Shown: in pieces, positions 15,753 through 24,167 of the stretch
Layout: each line of letters begins with the position of its first letter
Numbering within the stretch: position 1 is the first letter of the stretch
Source of the DNA: a virus
IMG/VR virus record: IMGVR_UViG_3300025117_000015
Location: 1-42,500 of that record
DNA: 42,500 bases
Reading direction: 5' to 3' (one strand)
Notes under the pieces: generated by a model
The model's database searches: none
Told to the model about the DNA's origin: nothing
The model's input: the letters and a program-made list of their open reading frames with translations, nothing else
Program-made: the position numbers and the translations under genes

Positions 15753-17012
15753 ATGGAAAAACAAATATACAATTCGGAAGCTGAAAAAGCCTTGATAGGT
15801 TGCATTTTTTCAGACCCGTCAATACTTGAAATGATAAACTTGGATAAAGAAGATTTTTATCTTGAGCCGTACAGGATAATTTACGGGTGTATGAAGTATC
15901 TGAAAGGCAAAGGGATAACGCCAGACTTATTAACCGTTGACAGTGAACTAAAGAAAGCAAAAAGAATTGATAAGGTTGGTGGTTCGTATGTTCTAGCGGA
16001 GGCTCACGATTCCGTTATTAGCGTTGGGCATTTTGAATCTTATGTTGTATTGATTAAGGAGGCGTCAAACAGGAGGAAATTAGCTGAATCACTAGGGTCT
16101 ATCGAGAAAATGATTGAAGGCGAATGTTCTTCCGCTGATTTACAGATTGCTTTAACGGAATTGGCAAAAAATATAAGTCCAGTCGGTAAAAAGCCAGAAG
16201 GGGATATAAATTCAAGCAACATGGAAGGAGAAATTGACGCACTTTTAGCCACTAGAACGGATTACACTTGGGGTACTCCTGCACTTGATAGAGATTTCTC
16301 GCCATTAAGCACTTCCAAGTATGTAATTCTTGCAGGTGAAACGGGAGTCGGTAAGACAACCTTCGCTCTACATTTCGCAATCGAAAACGCAAAACTTAAT
16401 CATAAGGTTTTGTATCTGTCACTTGAAATGACGAATCAGGCTTTGCTTATCCGTTACGCAAGGGCAAGACTTGGTATAACAAAGACCAAATGGAAGGCTA
16501 AAGATTACAGTAAGGAAGAAATCAAGAAAATAATAAGCGACTTGCCAAGCAATCTTGTTTTCAAGGAAATAAAACTAGACGGGGAAAGTGTTGATTTGGA
16601 ATGGATATCGGAGGTTATAACAAATGGCGATTACGACATGGTTTTTATAGATAATTTTGGATTTATAGAATCGCAAGGCAAAGACGAAAACGATAAATTC
16701 AAAACCATATCAAGAAGAATTGTTGAAATAGTTAAACGCAAGCCCGTTATAATCGTGGCACTTCACCACTTCCGCAAGGGAGGAGAAAGAGAATCTAAAA
16801 TCAGGAATATCAATGCGCTTATGGGTACGGCAAAACTAGCACACGACATTGATTTCTGCGTACAGGTGTTGAGAGATATGAGTTTGGACAAGGATAGTAG
16901 TGACGCTGACCGTTCCGAATTATCTGTTGCGTTACAAAAAGACAGGGATTGGGGAGAGTTTGTTTGCAACCCTGTTTTCTTCAAGAAAGGTAAATTTTAT
17001 GATATATTTTAA
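15753..17012 (+). CDS. dnaB: DnaB-family replicative DNA helicase
   Basis: The N-terminal EAEKALIGCIF motif, Walker A GETGVGKTT, and the size fit. Confidence 0.85.
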   Translation: MEKQIYNSEAEKALIGCIFSDPSILEMINLDKEDFYLEPYRIIYGCMKYLKGKGITPDLLTVDSELKKAKRIDKVGGSYVLAEAHDSVISVGHFESYVVLIKEASNRRKLAESLGSIEKMIEGECSSADLQIALTELAKNISPVGKKPEGDINSSNMEGEIDALLATRTDYTWGTPALDRDFSPLSTSKYVILAGETGVGKTTFALHFAIENAKLNHKVLYLSLEMTNQALLIRYARARLGITKTKWKAKDYSKEEIKKIISDLPSNLVFKEIKLDGESVDLEWISEVITNGDYDMVFIDNFGFIESQGKDENDKFKTISRRIVEIVKRKPVIIVALHHFRKGGERESKIRNINALMGTAKLAHDIDFCVQVLRDMSLDKDSSDADRSELSVALQKDRDWGEFVCNPVFFKKGKFYDIF

Positions 17013-17014
17013 AC

Positions 17015-17098
17015 ATGGAAGAAATAATTTACATCGAGAATGAGTACGGGCAACTGGGCTATATAGACCCAGAAACAGGAGAAGAAATGTGGATTTAA
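17015..17098 (+). CDS. Possible 27-aa acidic peptide
   Basis: Hand-translated: MEEIIYIENEYGQLGYIDPETGEEMWI. It starts 2 nt after the helicase stop. Confidence 0.25.
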   Translation: MEEIIYIENEYGQLGYIDPETGEEMWI

Positions 17099-17132
17099 TT
17101 TCGCAAAAAGAAGATTTATAAAAACTTAAACC

Positions 17133-17243
17133 ATGTACTGCCATATCTGCCAGCAATTAGGAAGACAAGAAGAGGCTACCGAGATTGAGCCGAACGTATA
17201 TCGCTGTTCGGTTTGCGGGACTGTTTGGATTTTGTCTTTTTAA
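17133..17243 (+). CDS. Possible 36-aa zinc-ribbon peptide
   Basis: Hand-translated: MYCHICQQLGRQEEATEIEPNVYRCSVCGTVWILSF, with two CxxC pairs. Confidence 0.35.
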   Translation: MYCHICQQLGRQEEATEIEPNVYRCSVCGTVWILSF

Positions 17244-17248
17244 TTCTC

Positions 17249-17277
17249 TTGACTTTTTTTGTTACCTGTGGTAAGAA
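17249..17277 (+). promoter_or_regulatory. Extended -10 promoter candidate (TTGACT-17 incl. TGg-TAAGAA) at the start of the ORF-free region
   Basis: It is nearly identical in its first 12 nt to the element at 19806 (ttgacttttttt). Confidence 0.45.
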
Positions 17278-17280
17278 AGG

Positions 17281-17732
17281 AGCGTACAAGGACAAATGTA
17301 AGTTTTGAAGGCTGTATTATCTAGGTGGAGAAGGGAGAGAAATCCCGTCCTTGTACACCTGCACCTAGAGAATATAGCCTTTGAATTGTATCTCAAAGCT
17401 CCTACGGGACTACGCAGAGAGATACGCACAAACAGCTTTCAGGGGTAGGATGAATAATCCGTTTAGCAATTTTCCTCTGAACAGCGATTGACAATTAGAT
17501 ATGATTAAAATTGTCCACGATTAACTCACAAGAGACTGCCGTCCTAGACATGAGGTAGACAAGTGGAAAATAAAGTCAATACTGCAATGGCAGGTATTAA
17601 GGGAGTAGCCGTGAGTTGGCTCTTACTTGAGGTTAGTACCTCCAAAGAAATAATAAGCCTCCAACAGCTTTAATACCGACAGAGAATGACTTATCCCTGT
17701 AACGCTAGACCGTGGGGGGAATGAAGTACGCT
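17281..17732 (+). ncRNA. Candidate large structured RNA or structured leader of the HNH gene (family not identified)
   Basis: No ORF of 60 aa or more in any frame. A 24-position imperfect hairpin pairs 17304..17327 with 17362..17385. A 10-bp perfect helix pairs 17284..17293 with 17347..17356 in that hairpin's loop. Nested long-range helices pair 17440..17449 with 17690..17699, 17593..17600 with 17670..17677, and 17281..17287 with 17726..17732. Confidence 0.4.
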
Positions 17733-17760
17733 TGCGAAACTGTAACCAAAACACAACTTC

Positions 17761-18102
17761 ATGCGGTTAGTTAATATCCCAAGAAAATTCAGAAATAAAT
17801 TACATGGCAAAAGAGTTCGTGGTACTTTTTATATAAAAGGACGGTCTGGTAAAAGAAGTAAGGGGCGTTTTTCTACCTGTTGGGAACCTCCTTCAAAATG
17901 CACAACTAAAATTGATTATGATCTATATATCCAATCACCTAAATGGCAAGAAGTTCGCAAAAGACTATCCAAAAGAAAAAAGAAAGGCTGTCATTGCTGT
18001 AAGCGTAAGGGTAGTTTAGACCTACACCATGTAACTTACGACAGGCTTGGTAAAGAATTGGATTCCGATTTGGTTTGGTGTTGCCGTCAATGTCATGAGT
18101 AA
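17761..18102 (+). CDS. Small HNH endonuclease with an Arg/Lys-rich N-terminal extension (terminase-associated HNH position)
   Basis: SPKWQEVRKRLSKRKKKGCHCC...LDLHHVTY...CCRQCHE. About 15 of the first 46 residues are K/R. It lies directly upstream of terS/terL. Confidence 0.7.
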   Translation: MRLVNIPRKFRNKLHGKRVRGTFYIKGRSGKRSKGRFSTCWEPPSKCTTKIDYDLYIQSPKWQEVRKRLSKRKKKGCHCCKRKGSLDLHHVTYDRLGKELDSDLVWCCRQCHE

Positions 18103-18185
18103 ATACATAAAACAAGATACGAAAAAAGAATATCCATAAGACAAGCAACAAAAGAGGTGAAGGAATGGTTTGCGGTAAACTCTTC

Positions 18186-18214
18186 TTGACTTTCTTCCGC
18201 TAAAGTGCTAAAGA
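18186..18214 (+). promoter_or_regulatory. Extended -10 promoter candidate (TTGACT-17 incl. TGc-TAAAGA) upstream of terS
   Basis: It has the same architecture as 17249 and 19806. Confidence 0.4.
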
Positions 18215-18239
18215 AATTACAGAAAGTAATTTTGCAGAT

Positions 18240-18506
18240 ATGGTTTTCGTAAAAGGTGAAGTCACAAATCCAATTGGAAGGGAGAAAGGCTCGAAAAATA
18301 ATAAAACTGTTGAATGGGAGATTTTCCGTGAATGGTTTCTTGATACTGGTATTTTCAGATTAAGACAGGAAATGGAAAAGCTCGAAGGTAAAGACTTGGT
18401 TTACACTGTTAAGGATTTGCTCGAGTATTTCCAGCCTAAACTTGCACGCAACGAAAACAAAAACGAAATGTCAGGAGAGGTAAAGATTTCGTGGGATAAA
18501 AACTAA
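18240..18506 (+). CDS. terS: Terminase small subunit candidate (88 aa)
   Basis: It lies immediately upstream of terL. The N-terminal NPIGREKGSKN resembles the NP.GRPKG.KN motif of small terminase/DUF5681-type proteins. Confidence 0.45.
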   Translation: MVFVKGEVTNPIGREKGSKNNKTVEWEIFREWFLDTGIFRLRQEMEKLEGKDLVYTVKDLLEYFQPKLARNENKNEMSGEVKISWDKN

Positions 18507-18508
18507 AA

Positions 18509-19804
18509 ATGCAAATCAAGATTCCTTTTAAGCCTAGAGATTATCAGCAGGGTGTAGTTGATTATATTATATCAGGAGGGACAAGGGCTTTTTTGTTGTG
18601 GCATAGACGATCAGGAAAAGATTTGTTGTTGTGGAATTTAATGTTCAGAATGGCAATCCAAAAAAAAGGGTTGTACTACTATTTCCTTCCGCAATACACT
18701 GCTGCTAAAAAGATAATTTGGGACGGTATCACCATAGACGGCATGAGGTTTATTGATTACATACCAAAAGAAATGGTGGTAAATCGGAATGAAACAGAAT
18801 TGAAACTCAACCTCACTAACGGGAGTATAATACAACTAATCGGGACTGATAATTACGATTCCATCCGCGGTACAAACCCTATTGGTTGCGTATTCAGCGA
18901 GTACGCATATCAAAATCCACAGGCTTGGGAAGTAGTCAAACCTATTCTCAAAGTTAATAAAGGTTTCGCAATCTTCAACACAACTCCTAACGGGAAGAAT
19001 CATGCCTATGAGATTTACGAAATGGCAAAGAATAATCCGGAATGGTTCACGCAAAAGCTGACAATCAACGACACAAACATTTTAACAGATAAGGATATTC
19101 AAGAGGAACGATTAGAAGGCATGAGCGAAGAAATGATACAGCAGGAGTATTTTTGCAGTTTCGATATTGGAACACTTGGCTCAATCTATAACGATCAGTT
19201 ACAAGAGGCAATCAAGCAGAACAGAGTTTGTGCCGTTCCGTATGATAAACTGCTAGAGGTTGACGTTATTCTCGATTTAGGACGCACAGATTCAACGGCA
19301 ATCTGTTTTAGACAGGAGTTAGGGCAAGAGGTGCGATTTATAGATTATGAAGAAGGCAACTTGAAAGCTGTTGAGTATTATGTTGAGCTGTTACAGAAGA
19401 AGCCTTACAGATACGGGACAATGTATTTACCTCACGACGCATTTCATAAACGCATGGAGGCGCAGAAAAGCATAGCCGAACAGTTTGAAACAGCAGGCTT
19501 CAGAGTCGAGAAGGTTGAGGAACACAGCATTGAAAACGGAATACAGGAGGTCAGACGAGTATTCCCACGATTCTGGCTCGACAAGGAGAAATGCAAACAA
19601 CTGATAAAAGCTCTTGAGAATTACCACAGAGAGTACGATAGGGATAAGAAATGTTTTAAACAGAGTCCTTTACACGATTGGAGTTCTCATGCTTGCGATT
19701 CCGTAAGGTATACAGCTTTAACAGTCGATAGAAACAAGCCAACGCCTAAAGAAGAATCATACAACAGATACAATAGCGAGTTCGATAGGTTTGCAGGAGT
19801 TTGA
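18509..19804 (+). CDS. terL: Terminase large subunit
   Basis: The N-terminal ATPase has Walker-A-like WHRRSGKD, and the size is 431 aa. It lies between terS-like and portal genes, with a C-terminal acidic nuclease-like region. Confidence 0.8.
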   Translation: MQIKIPFKPRDYQQGVVDYIISGGTRAFLLWHRRSGKDLLLWNLMFRMAIQKKGLYYYFLPQYTAAKKIIWDGITIDGMRFIDYIPKEMVVNRNETELKLNLTNGSIIQLIGTDNYDSIRGTNPIGCVFSEYAYQNPQAWEVVKPILKVNKGFAIFNTTPNGKNHAYEIYEMAKNNPEWFTQKLTINDTNILTDKDIQEERLEGMSEEMIQQEYFCSFDIGTLGSIYNDQLQEAIKQNRVCAVPYDKLLEVDVILDLGRTDSTAICFRQELGQEVRFIDYEEGNLKAVEYYVELLQKKPYRYGTMYLPHDAFHKRMEAQKSIAEQFETAGFRVEKVEEHSIENGIQEVRRVFPRFWLDKEKCKQLIKALENYHREYDRDKKCFKQSPLHDWSSHACDSVRYTALTVDRNKPTPKEESYNRYNSEFDRFAGV

Positions 19805-19805
19805 A

Positions 19806-19834
19806 TTGACTTTTTTTCTGATTTGTGCTACTCA
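19806..19834 (+). promoter_or_regulatory. Extended -10 promoter candidate (TTGACT-17 incl. TGc-TACTCA) upstream of the portal gene
   Basis: Read directly in the 59-nt terL-portal gap. Confidence 0.4.
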
Positions 19835-19863
19835 TTCAGATGATTCCAATATAACAAGAACTT

Positions 19864-21903
19864 ATGCGTGACCTTAAATATCCATCGGTAAGTGCTGTTG
19901 ATTATTCAGAAGACGAGGTGAAGTACAGGGGTTATTTGATAGACAGACTGGAGAGGTCGAAGGCAAGCCGTGAGAAGAATTATACGGAGTTTGATGAGAT
20001 GTCTTACACCGATTATTTTGAGAGCAATGCGAAGGCGGGCAACAGTTATATCAGACCGAAGAACAACGCAGAGGATGTTAGAGTGGTAACGGGGAAGACG
20101 AAGGAGAAGGTTGACGCTTTTGTAAGTGCTTTGTTGAATTACAATTTTGAGCCGAATGTACGGGCTTATGATGCGGAGAACAGAGAGTTTGCGAAAGTGG
20201 CAAGTGCGTTTGAAGCTTTGATATACAAGAGCAGGGAGCTTGAGTTACCAGACTACGAAACGAAGAAGCCGTTATACTACAGGGAGGCAACGGTGCAGGG
20301 TACAGCGATAATTGAAGATGCGATGATTGAGATTACCGAGATTGAAAAGGAGCTAATTGGCACGGACTGGACAGGGGCAAGTCAGATGAAGAAGACATGG
20401 AAAGAGAAGCCGAATCCAAAGATTACGAAGATATTAAATAGTAATCTGATAAGCGGGTTAAATTTCTTTCCTGGGAATATACATGACTTTTTCATGCACT
20501 CCCAACCTTTTGTATTTACCAGAGAGATAATAACTTACGAACAGGCTGGGAGTATGTTTAGTGGATGGAAACGATTTGCGAATGTTGGCGCATTGGTTAA
20601 CAGATTGACAAGCCATATTGCAACAGGGAATGTGAAATATAACGATTGGAGTTTGGAAGAGCACGAGGAGGGTTTTGTTGAGTACATCAAGTATTTTGAT
20701 AAGCCGAACAACGAATTTCAGATTATCTTGAATGGGGTGATGATGTTACCAGTTGGATTTCCATTGAGTGCATTGACTGGTGTTTGTGAGTACCCGATTG
20801 TTAAACTTGATATACAACCGATCGGAAGACACTTCTTTTACAGCAGAAGCTTGGTTGCGGATTGCAAGACCGACCAGAGTTTGTTGGATGAGTTCTACAG
20901 AATGTCGATTGTGAAGACGAGGAAGAGTATCAAGCCACCGATGGCGAACAACACTAGGAAACATCTCACGGATAGGATATTTGAGAGTGGCAGGATTACA
21001 GATGATATTGACCCGACAAAGTTGAGCGAGATTGGAACGAATCAGGGTGTTACAAGTTCCGAGTTTAATATGCTACAGTTCATACAGGATGTAATTGATA
21101 AGAAGAGCGTTTCGCCTGTATTCGAGGGGAATAGCCCTTCAGGTGCGCAGACAGCAACGGAAATAGTAGAGTTGAAGAAACAGTCGATTCAGAAGTTGGG
21201 AGGCGTTATATGGGGTGTAATCAACTTTGAGGAGAGCTTGGCATGGTTGAGATTGATGCTGATTTTAGAGTATTGGACTAAGACGGAGGATACGAAGGTT
21301 GATGAGAGCAGAGGGACTTTGAAAGCTATGTACAAGAGGTTCGAGGTTGAGGATGATATGGGAGACGGACAGAGCGGGACTCGTATGATTGAGTTTACGG
21401 AGGACATGTTGCCAGAAGAACAGTTGAGCGCGAAGGCTAGATTGTATAAGAAACGCCAAAAGAGGAATGTTAAGATTACACAGTTGAAACCTTCAGAGCT
21501 TAGAAATGCGAAGTTGAATTGGCAGATTACGATTACACCAACGGAGCGAGATAAGGATGCGCTTGATAAGGCAATGTTTATAGATTCGATTGCTAGAGGG
21601 AAACAGTTGTTCCCAAATGCAGGTTGGAACGACCAGTACTTACAAGAGCAGTACGCAATCAAGGCGGGATTAGACCCGGAGAAAGCGTTTATTAGTCCGG
21701 AAGAGCAACAACAGAAGCAGGAGCAGATGATGGCAATGATGCAACAACAGCAGATGCAGGGTGGTATGCAAGGTCAGCAAAGACAAGCAGGGCAGGCACA
21801 ACGCGCTGGAGTGTCAGGGCAGGCACAACAGGCTGTTCGGGGCAGACAGGCGAGGGCAGGTTCTCAAATGAAACCTAGCCTTAATCGTTTAGCAAATGCG
21901 TAA
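19864..21903 (+). CDS. Portal protein with a Gln-rich C-terminal tail
   Basis: A 679-aa ORF directly after terL. The C-terminus reads QQQKQEQMMAMMQQQQMQGGMQGQQRQAGQAQ. Confidence 0.7.
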   Translation: MRDLKYPSVSAVDYSEDEVKYRGYLIDRLERSKASREKNYTEFDEMSYTDYFESNAKAGNSYIRPKNNAEDVRVVTGKTKEKVDAFVSALLNYNFEPNVRAYDAENREFAKVASAFEALIYKSRELELPDYETKKPLYYREATVQGTAIIEDAMIEITEIEKELIGTDWTGASQMKKTWKEKPNPKITKILNSNLISGLNFFPGNIHDFFMHSQPFVFTREIITYEQAGSMFSGWKRFANVGALVNRLTSHIATGNVKYNDWSLEEHEEGFVEYIKYFDKPNNEFQIILNGVMMLPVGFPLSALTGVCEYPIVKLDIQPIGRHFFYSRSLVADCKTDQSLLDEFYRMSIVKTRKSIKPPMANNTRKHLTDRIFESGRITDDIDPTKLSEIGTNQGVTSSEFNMLQFIQDVIDKKSVSPVFEGNSPSGAQTATEIVELKKQSIQKLGGVIWGVINFEESLAWLRLMLILEYWTKTEDTKVDESRGTLKAMYKRFEVEDDMGDGQSGTRMIEFTEDMLPEEQLSAKARLYKKRQKRNVKITQLKPSELRNAKLNWQITITPTERDKDALDKAMFIDSIARGKQLFPNAGWNDQYLQEQYAIKAGLDPEKAFISPEEQQQKQEQMMAMMQQQQMQGGMQGQQRQAGQAQRAGVSGQAQQAVRGRQARAGSQMKPSLNRLANA

Positions 21904-22273
21904 AATCTTGGTGTATCTGTTAAAGAAGTTATACGGACTTGATATTCGTGATTTGATTCGTGAAGAGTTGAATATCACCACGAAAATTCTTGATTTAGAG
22001 AAACTGGAAGAGGATAAGCCGAAGTACCAGTTATTTTTGAATGACGCACATGCGTTGGCTTCCAACAAGGTATTGGATGTGATTGTGCATAATTTGACAG
22101 CGAGTGTTAATACTGGTACATTACATAAGGCGAGGACGATAAAACAGTTAATGTACGGGCATTTATCTTTGATTATCTTGGGGGAATTCAAAGAAGAAGT
22201 GCAACGATTAAACTCATTATGGGAATCCTCGCAAAAACAGACAGAGATATACGATAAACATGAAGGTGTTTAA
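21896..22273 (+). CDS. Hypothetical head-module protein (125 aa)
   Basis: Its start overlaps the portal stop. Confidence 0.5.
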   Translation: MRKILVYLLKKLYGLDIRDLIREELNITTKILDLEKLEEDKPKYQLFLNDAHALASNKVLDVIVHNLTASVNTGTLHKARTIKQLMYGHLSLIILGEFKEEVQRLNSLWESSQKQTEIYDKHEGV

Positions 22274-22290
22274 TTTTTTAATATAACAAC

Positions 22291-22881
22291 ATGACAGATG
22301 AACAACAAATAACTCCCGAACAGATTGAGGAGTTAAGAACAAAAGCACAGGAAGCTGAACAGCTAAAGGTTGAATTGGAAAAGTTGAAGAGTAAAGACAT
22401 GAACTTCGAGAATTTAAGGAAGGCAAAAGAGGAAGAAGAGCGAAGAGCTAAAGAGGCAAACGATAAAAGAACAGAGGTTGAGAAGAAAGTTGATGAGAAG
22501 TTGTCGTCAATGGAGCGCCAACAAAAAGAATGGCGTGAGTCTTTAGTAAAAGAGAAAAAGGAATTGTACGTAAAAGACTTATGCGGAGATGACCAAGAGT
22601 TAAGAAAAAAGATTGAATACGAGATGACACAGCTAGTTGGCGATGAAGATACCGATGAAAGGATAAAAAACAAGCTGGAGCGTGCCTATACGCTCGTGAT
22701 TGGCTCAAAGCCGATTGCTAGTGCGTTTGGTCGTCTTAGCGCCTCTCCTAGCGCACCCTATAAGCCGGAGGCAAAAAGATTCACAGACGGAGAAGATGGG
22801 CAGGGTGTGTTGAAAAAGTTTAATAAAAATGTCGATTGGTCGAAAGTCAAGACAGGTGGTTCTTATTTTGATAACTTATAA
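22291..22881 (+). CDS. Scaffolding-like coiled-coil protein
   Basis: It is highly charged and heptad-like (EELRTKAQEAEQLKVELEKLKSK...), located between portal and capsid. Confidence 0.5.
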   Translation: MTDEQQITPEQIEELRTKAQEAEQLKVELEKLKSKDMNFENLRKAKEEEERRAKEANDKRTEVEKKVDEKLSSMERQQKEWRESLVKEKKELYVKDLCGDDQELRKKIEYEMTQLVGDEDTDERIKNKLERAYTLVIGSKPIASAFGRLSASPSAPYKPEAKRFTDGEDGQGVLKKFNKNVDWSKVKTGGSYFDNL

Positions 22882-22886
22882 AAACT

Positions 22887-23597
22887 ATGAACGCAAGATT
22901 CCAAGAATTGTTTAACAAGGGGTGGGTAAATTTGAATTCAGAAGAACGTGATGAGTATAAGAAGCTAAAAGAAGAGGAGGGTGAGAAGCCGGCAGATGAT
23001 TATACTATGCTGAAAAAGCAGATGGAAGAGATGGCCAATGCTATTGCTACGCTAAAAGATGAGAAGGCTACCCTAGTAGCAGAGCGCAAGAAGTTTAATA
23101 AAGAGTTGGGTTATGGTGAATGGCAGGAGGCGGATGCTCTAAGACCACGCAAGCATACAGCTTGGTTAAAGTTGTATAATAAAAACCCTGATGAGGATAA
23201 AGGGCTTGTTATCTTCTGGAAGGTGCATGAGTACATCAGGAATCAACAGACTGGTGTGATTTTGAATACTATCTTTAAGATTAAGTGTTGGTATGGTAAG
23301 GATGATGTTCGAGAGTATCTATTGCCAATCGCTGAGTATGCAGCAATAACAGATAGAGAACAGGTTGATGTTGTGAATACTGATAAAAAGAAATTGGTAA
23401 AGAGGCATGGTAAAGTTCGCAGAGGAGTTAAGATTGGCGGATATACATACTCGCAAGGGTTGAGTTCTCTTGATGTTGAGAAAAAGGATGGTGGAGATTG
23501 GGTAGACTTGGAAGAAGTGATGGACAAGATTGTTGTTACGATAAGGAGAGCTGATGGGGATGAGATGATAATAGATGCAAAATATCTTAATAACTAA
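22887..23597 (+). CDS. Hypothetical head-module protein (236 aa)
   Basis: ORF with a charged coiled-coil N-terminus. Confidence 0.55.
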   Translation: MNARFQELFNKGWVNLNSEERDEYKKLKEEEGEKPADDYTMLKKQMEEMANAIATLKDEKATLVAERKKFNKELGYGEWQEADALRPRKHTAWLKLYNKNPDEDKGLVIFWKVHEYIRNQQTGVILNTIFKIKCWYGKDDVREYLLPIAEYAAITDREQVDVVNTDKKKLVKRHGKVRRGVKIGGYTYSQGLSSLDVEKKDGGDWVDLEEVMDKIVVTIRRADGDEMIIDAKYLNN

Positions 23598-23603
23598 AAC
23601 CAA

Positions 23604-24167
23604 ATGGCGAAAAAATTAACAGAAAAAGAAAAGCAGACAATACAAAAAGCTAAGGATAATTTAACAGAGAAGAGTTTGGCTTTTATCAACATGGATATAC
23701 TCCCGGAGTTGAGAGAGTCGGAGTTGCCTTTCTGTGATTATCTGTATATCACTCAAAGGATGAGAGATATTCTAGATGAGAAGATTGAGTTCATAAACTT
23801 CTTCGACAAGAGCATACAAGAGATGAGGAAGGCGATGTTGAAGAGTAATTTTGAAGAGGCCAAATCTCGTAAGGTTAAGATTCCAAAGAACGCAGATGAA
23901 AGACAAATGAGATGCGAGAAGCTGGCAAAAGTCCTAGCTGATAAACTGTTCGACATAGGATTGCCAGATGATGAATACTTGGAGCTGATAGTGACCAATG
24001 ACAATGAGCTTACTCTCCGTATGCTTACCAATAGCATGATAGATACAGTTTCTAGTTGGCTAGAGGGGGCAGTTGTAGAAAGCGAGAAGAAAGCAAATAA
24101 GAAGCTGTGGGGAGATAAGGAGAGAGAAGACAGAACTTTCAAACAGCTTAACAAGATTCTAGAATGA
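23604..24167 (+). CDS. Hypothetical head-module protein (187 aa)
   Basis: ORF with a 4-nt overlap with the next gene. Confidence 0.55.
   Translation: MAKKLTEKEKQTIQKAKDNLTEKSLAFINMDILPELRESELPFCDYLYITQRMRDILDEKIEFINFFDKSIQEMRKAMLKSNFEEAKSRKVKIPKNADERQMRCEKLAKVLADKLFDIGLPDDEYLELIVTNDNELTLRMLTNSMIDTVSSWLEGAVVESEKKANKKLWGDKEREDRTFKQLNKILE

Noticed and set aside
17244-17760. Group I intron, RNase P RNA, tmRNA or a known riboswitch as the identity of the ORF-free region
   Set aside because: No flanking split gene is apparent, since the upstream 36-aa zinc-ribbon ORF and downstream HNH/terS look complete. The candidate P3/P7-like pairings leave no room for a P4-P6 domain. I see no tRNA-like ends, no GGAAAGUCC-type RNase P core and no recognisable riboswitch box. 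These cannot be fully excluded without covariance-model searches.
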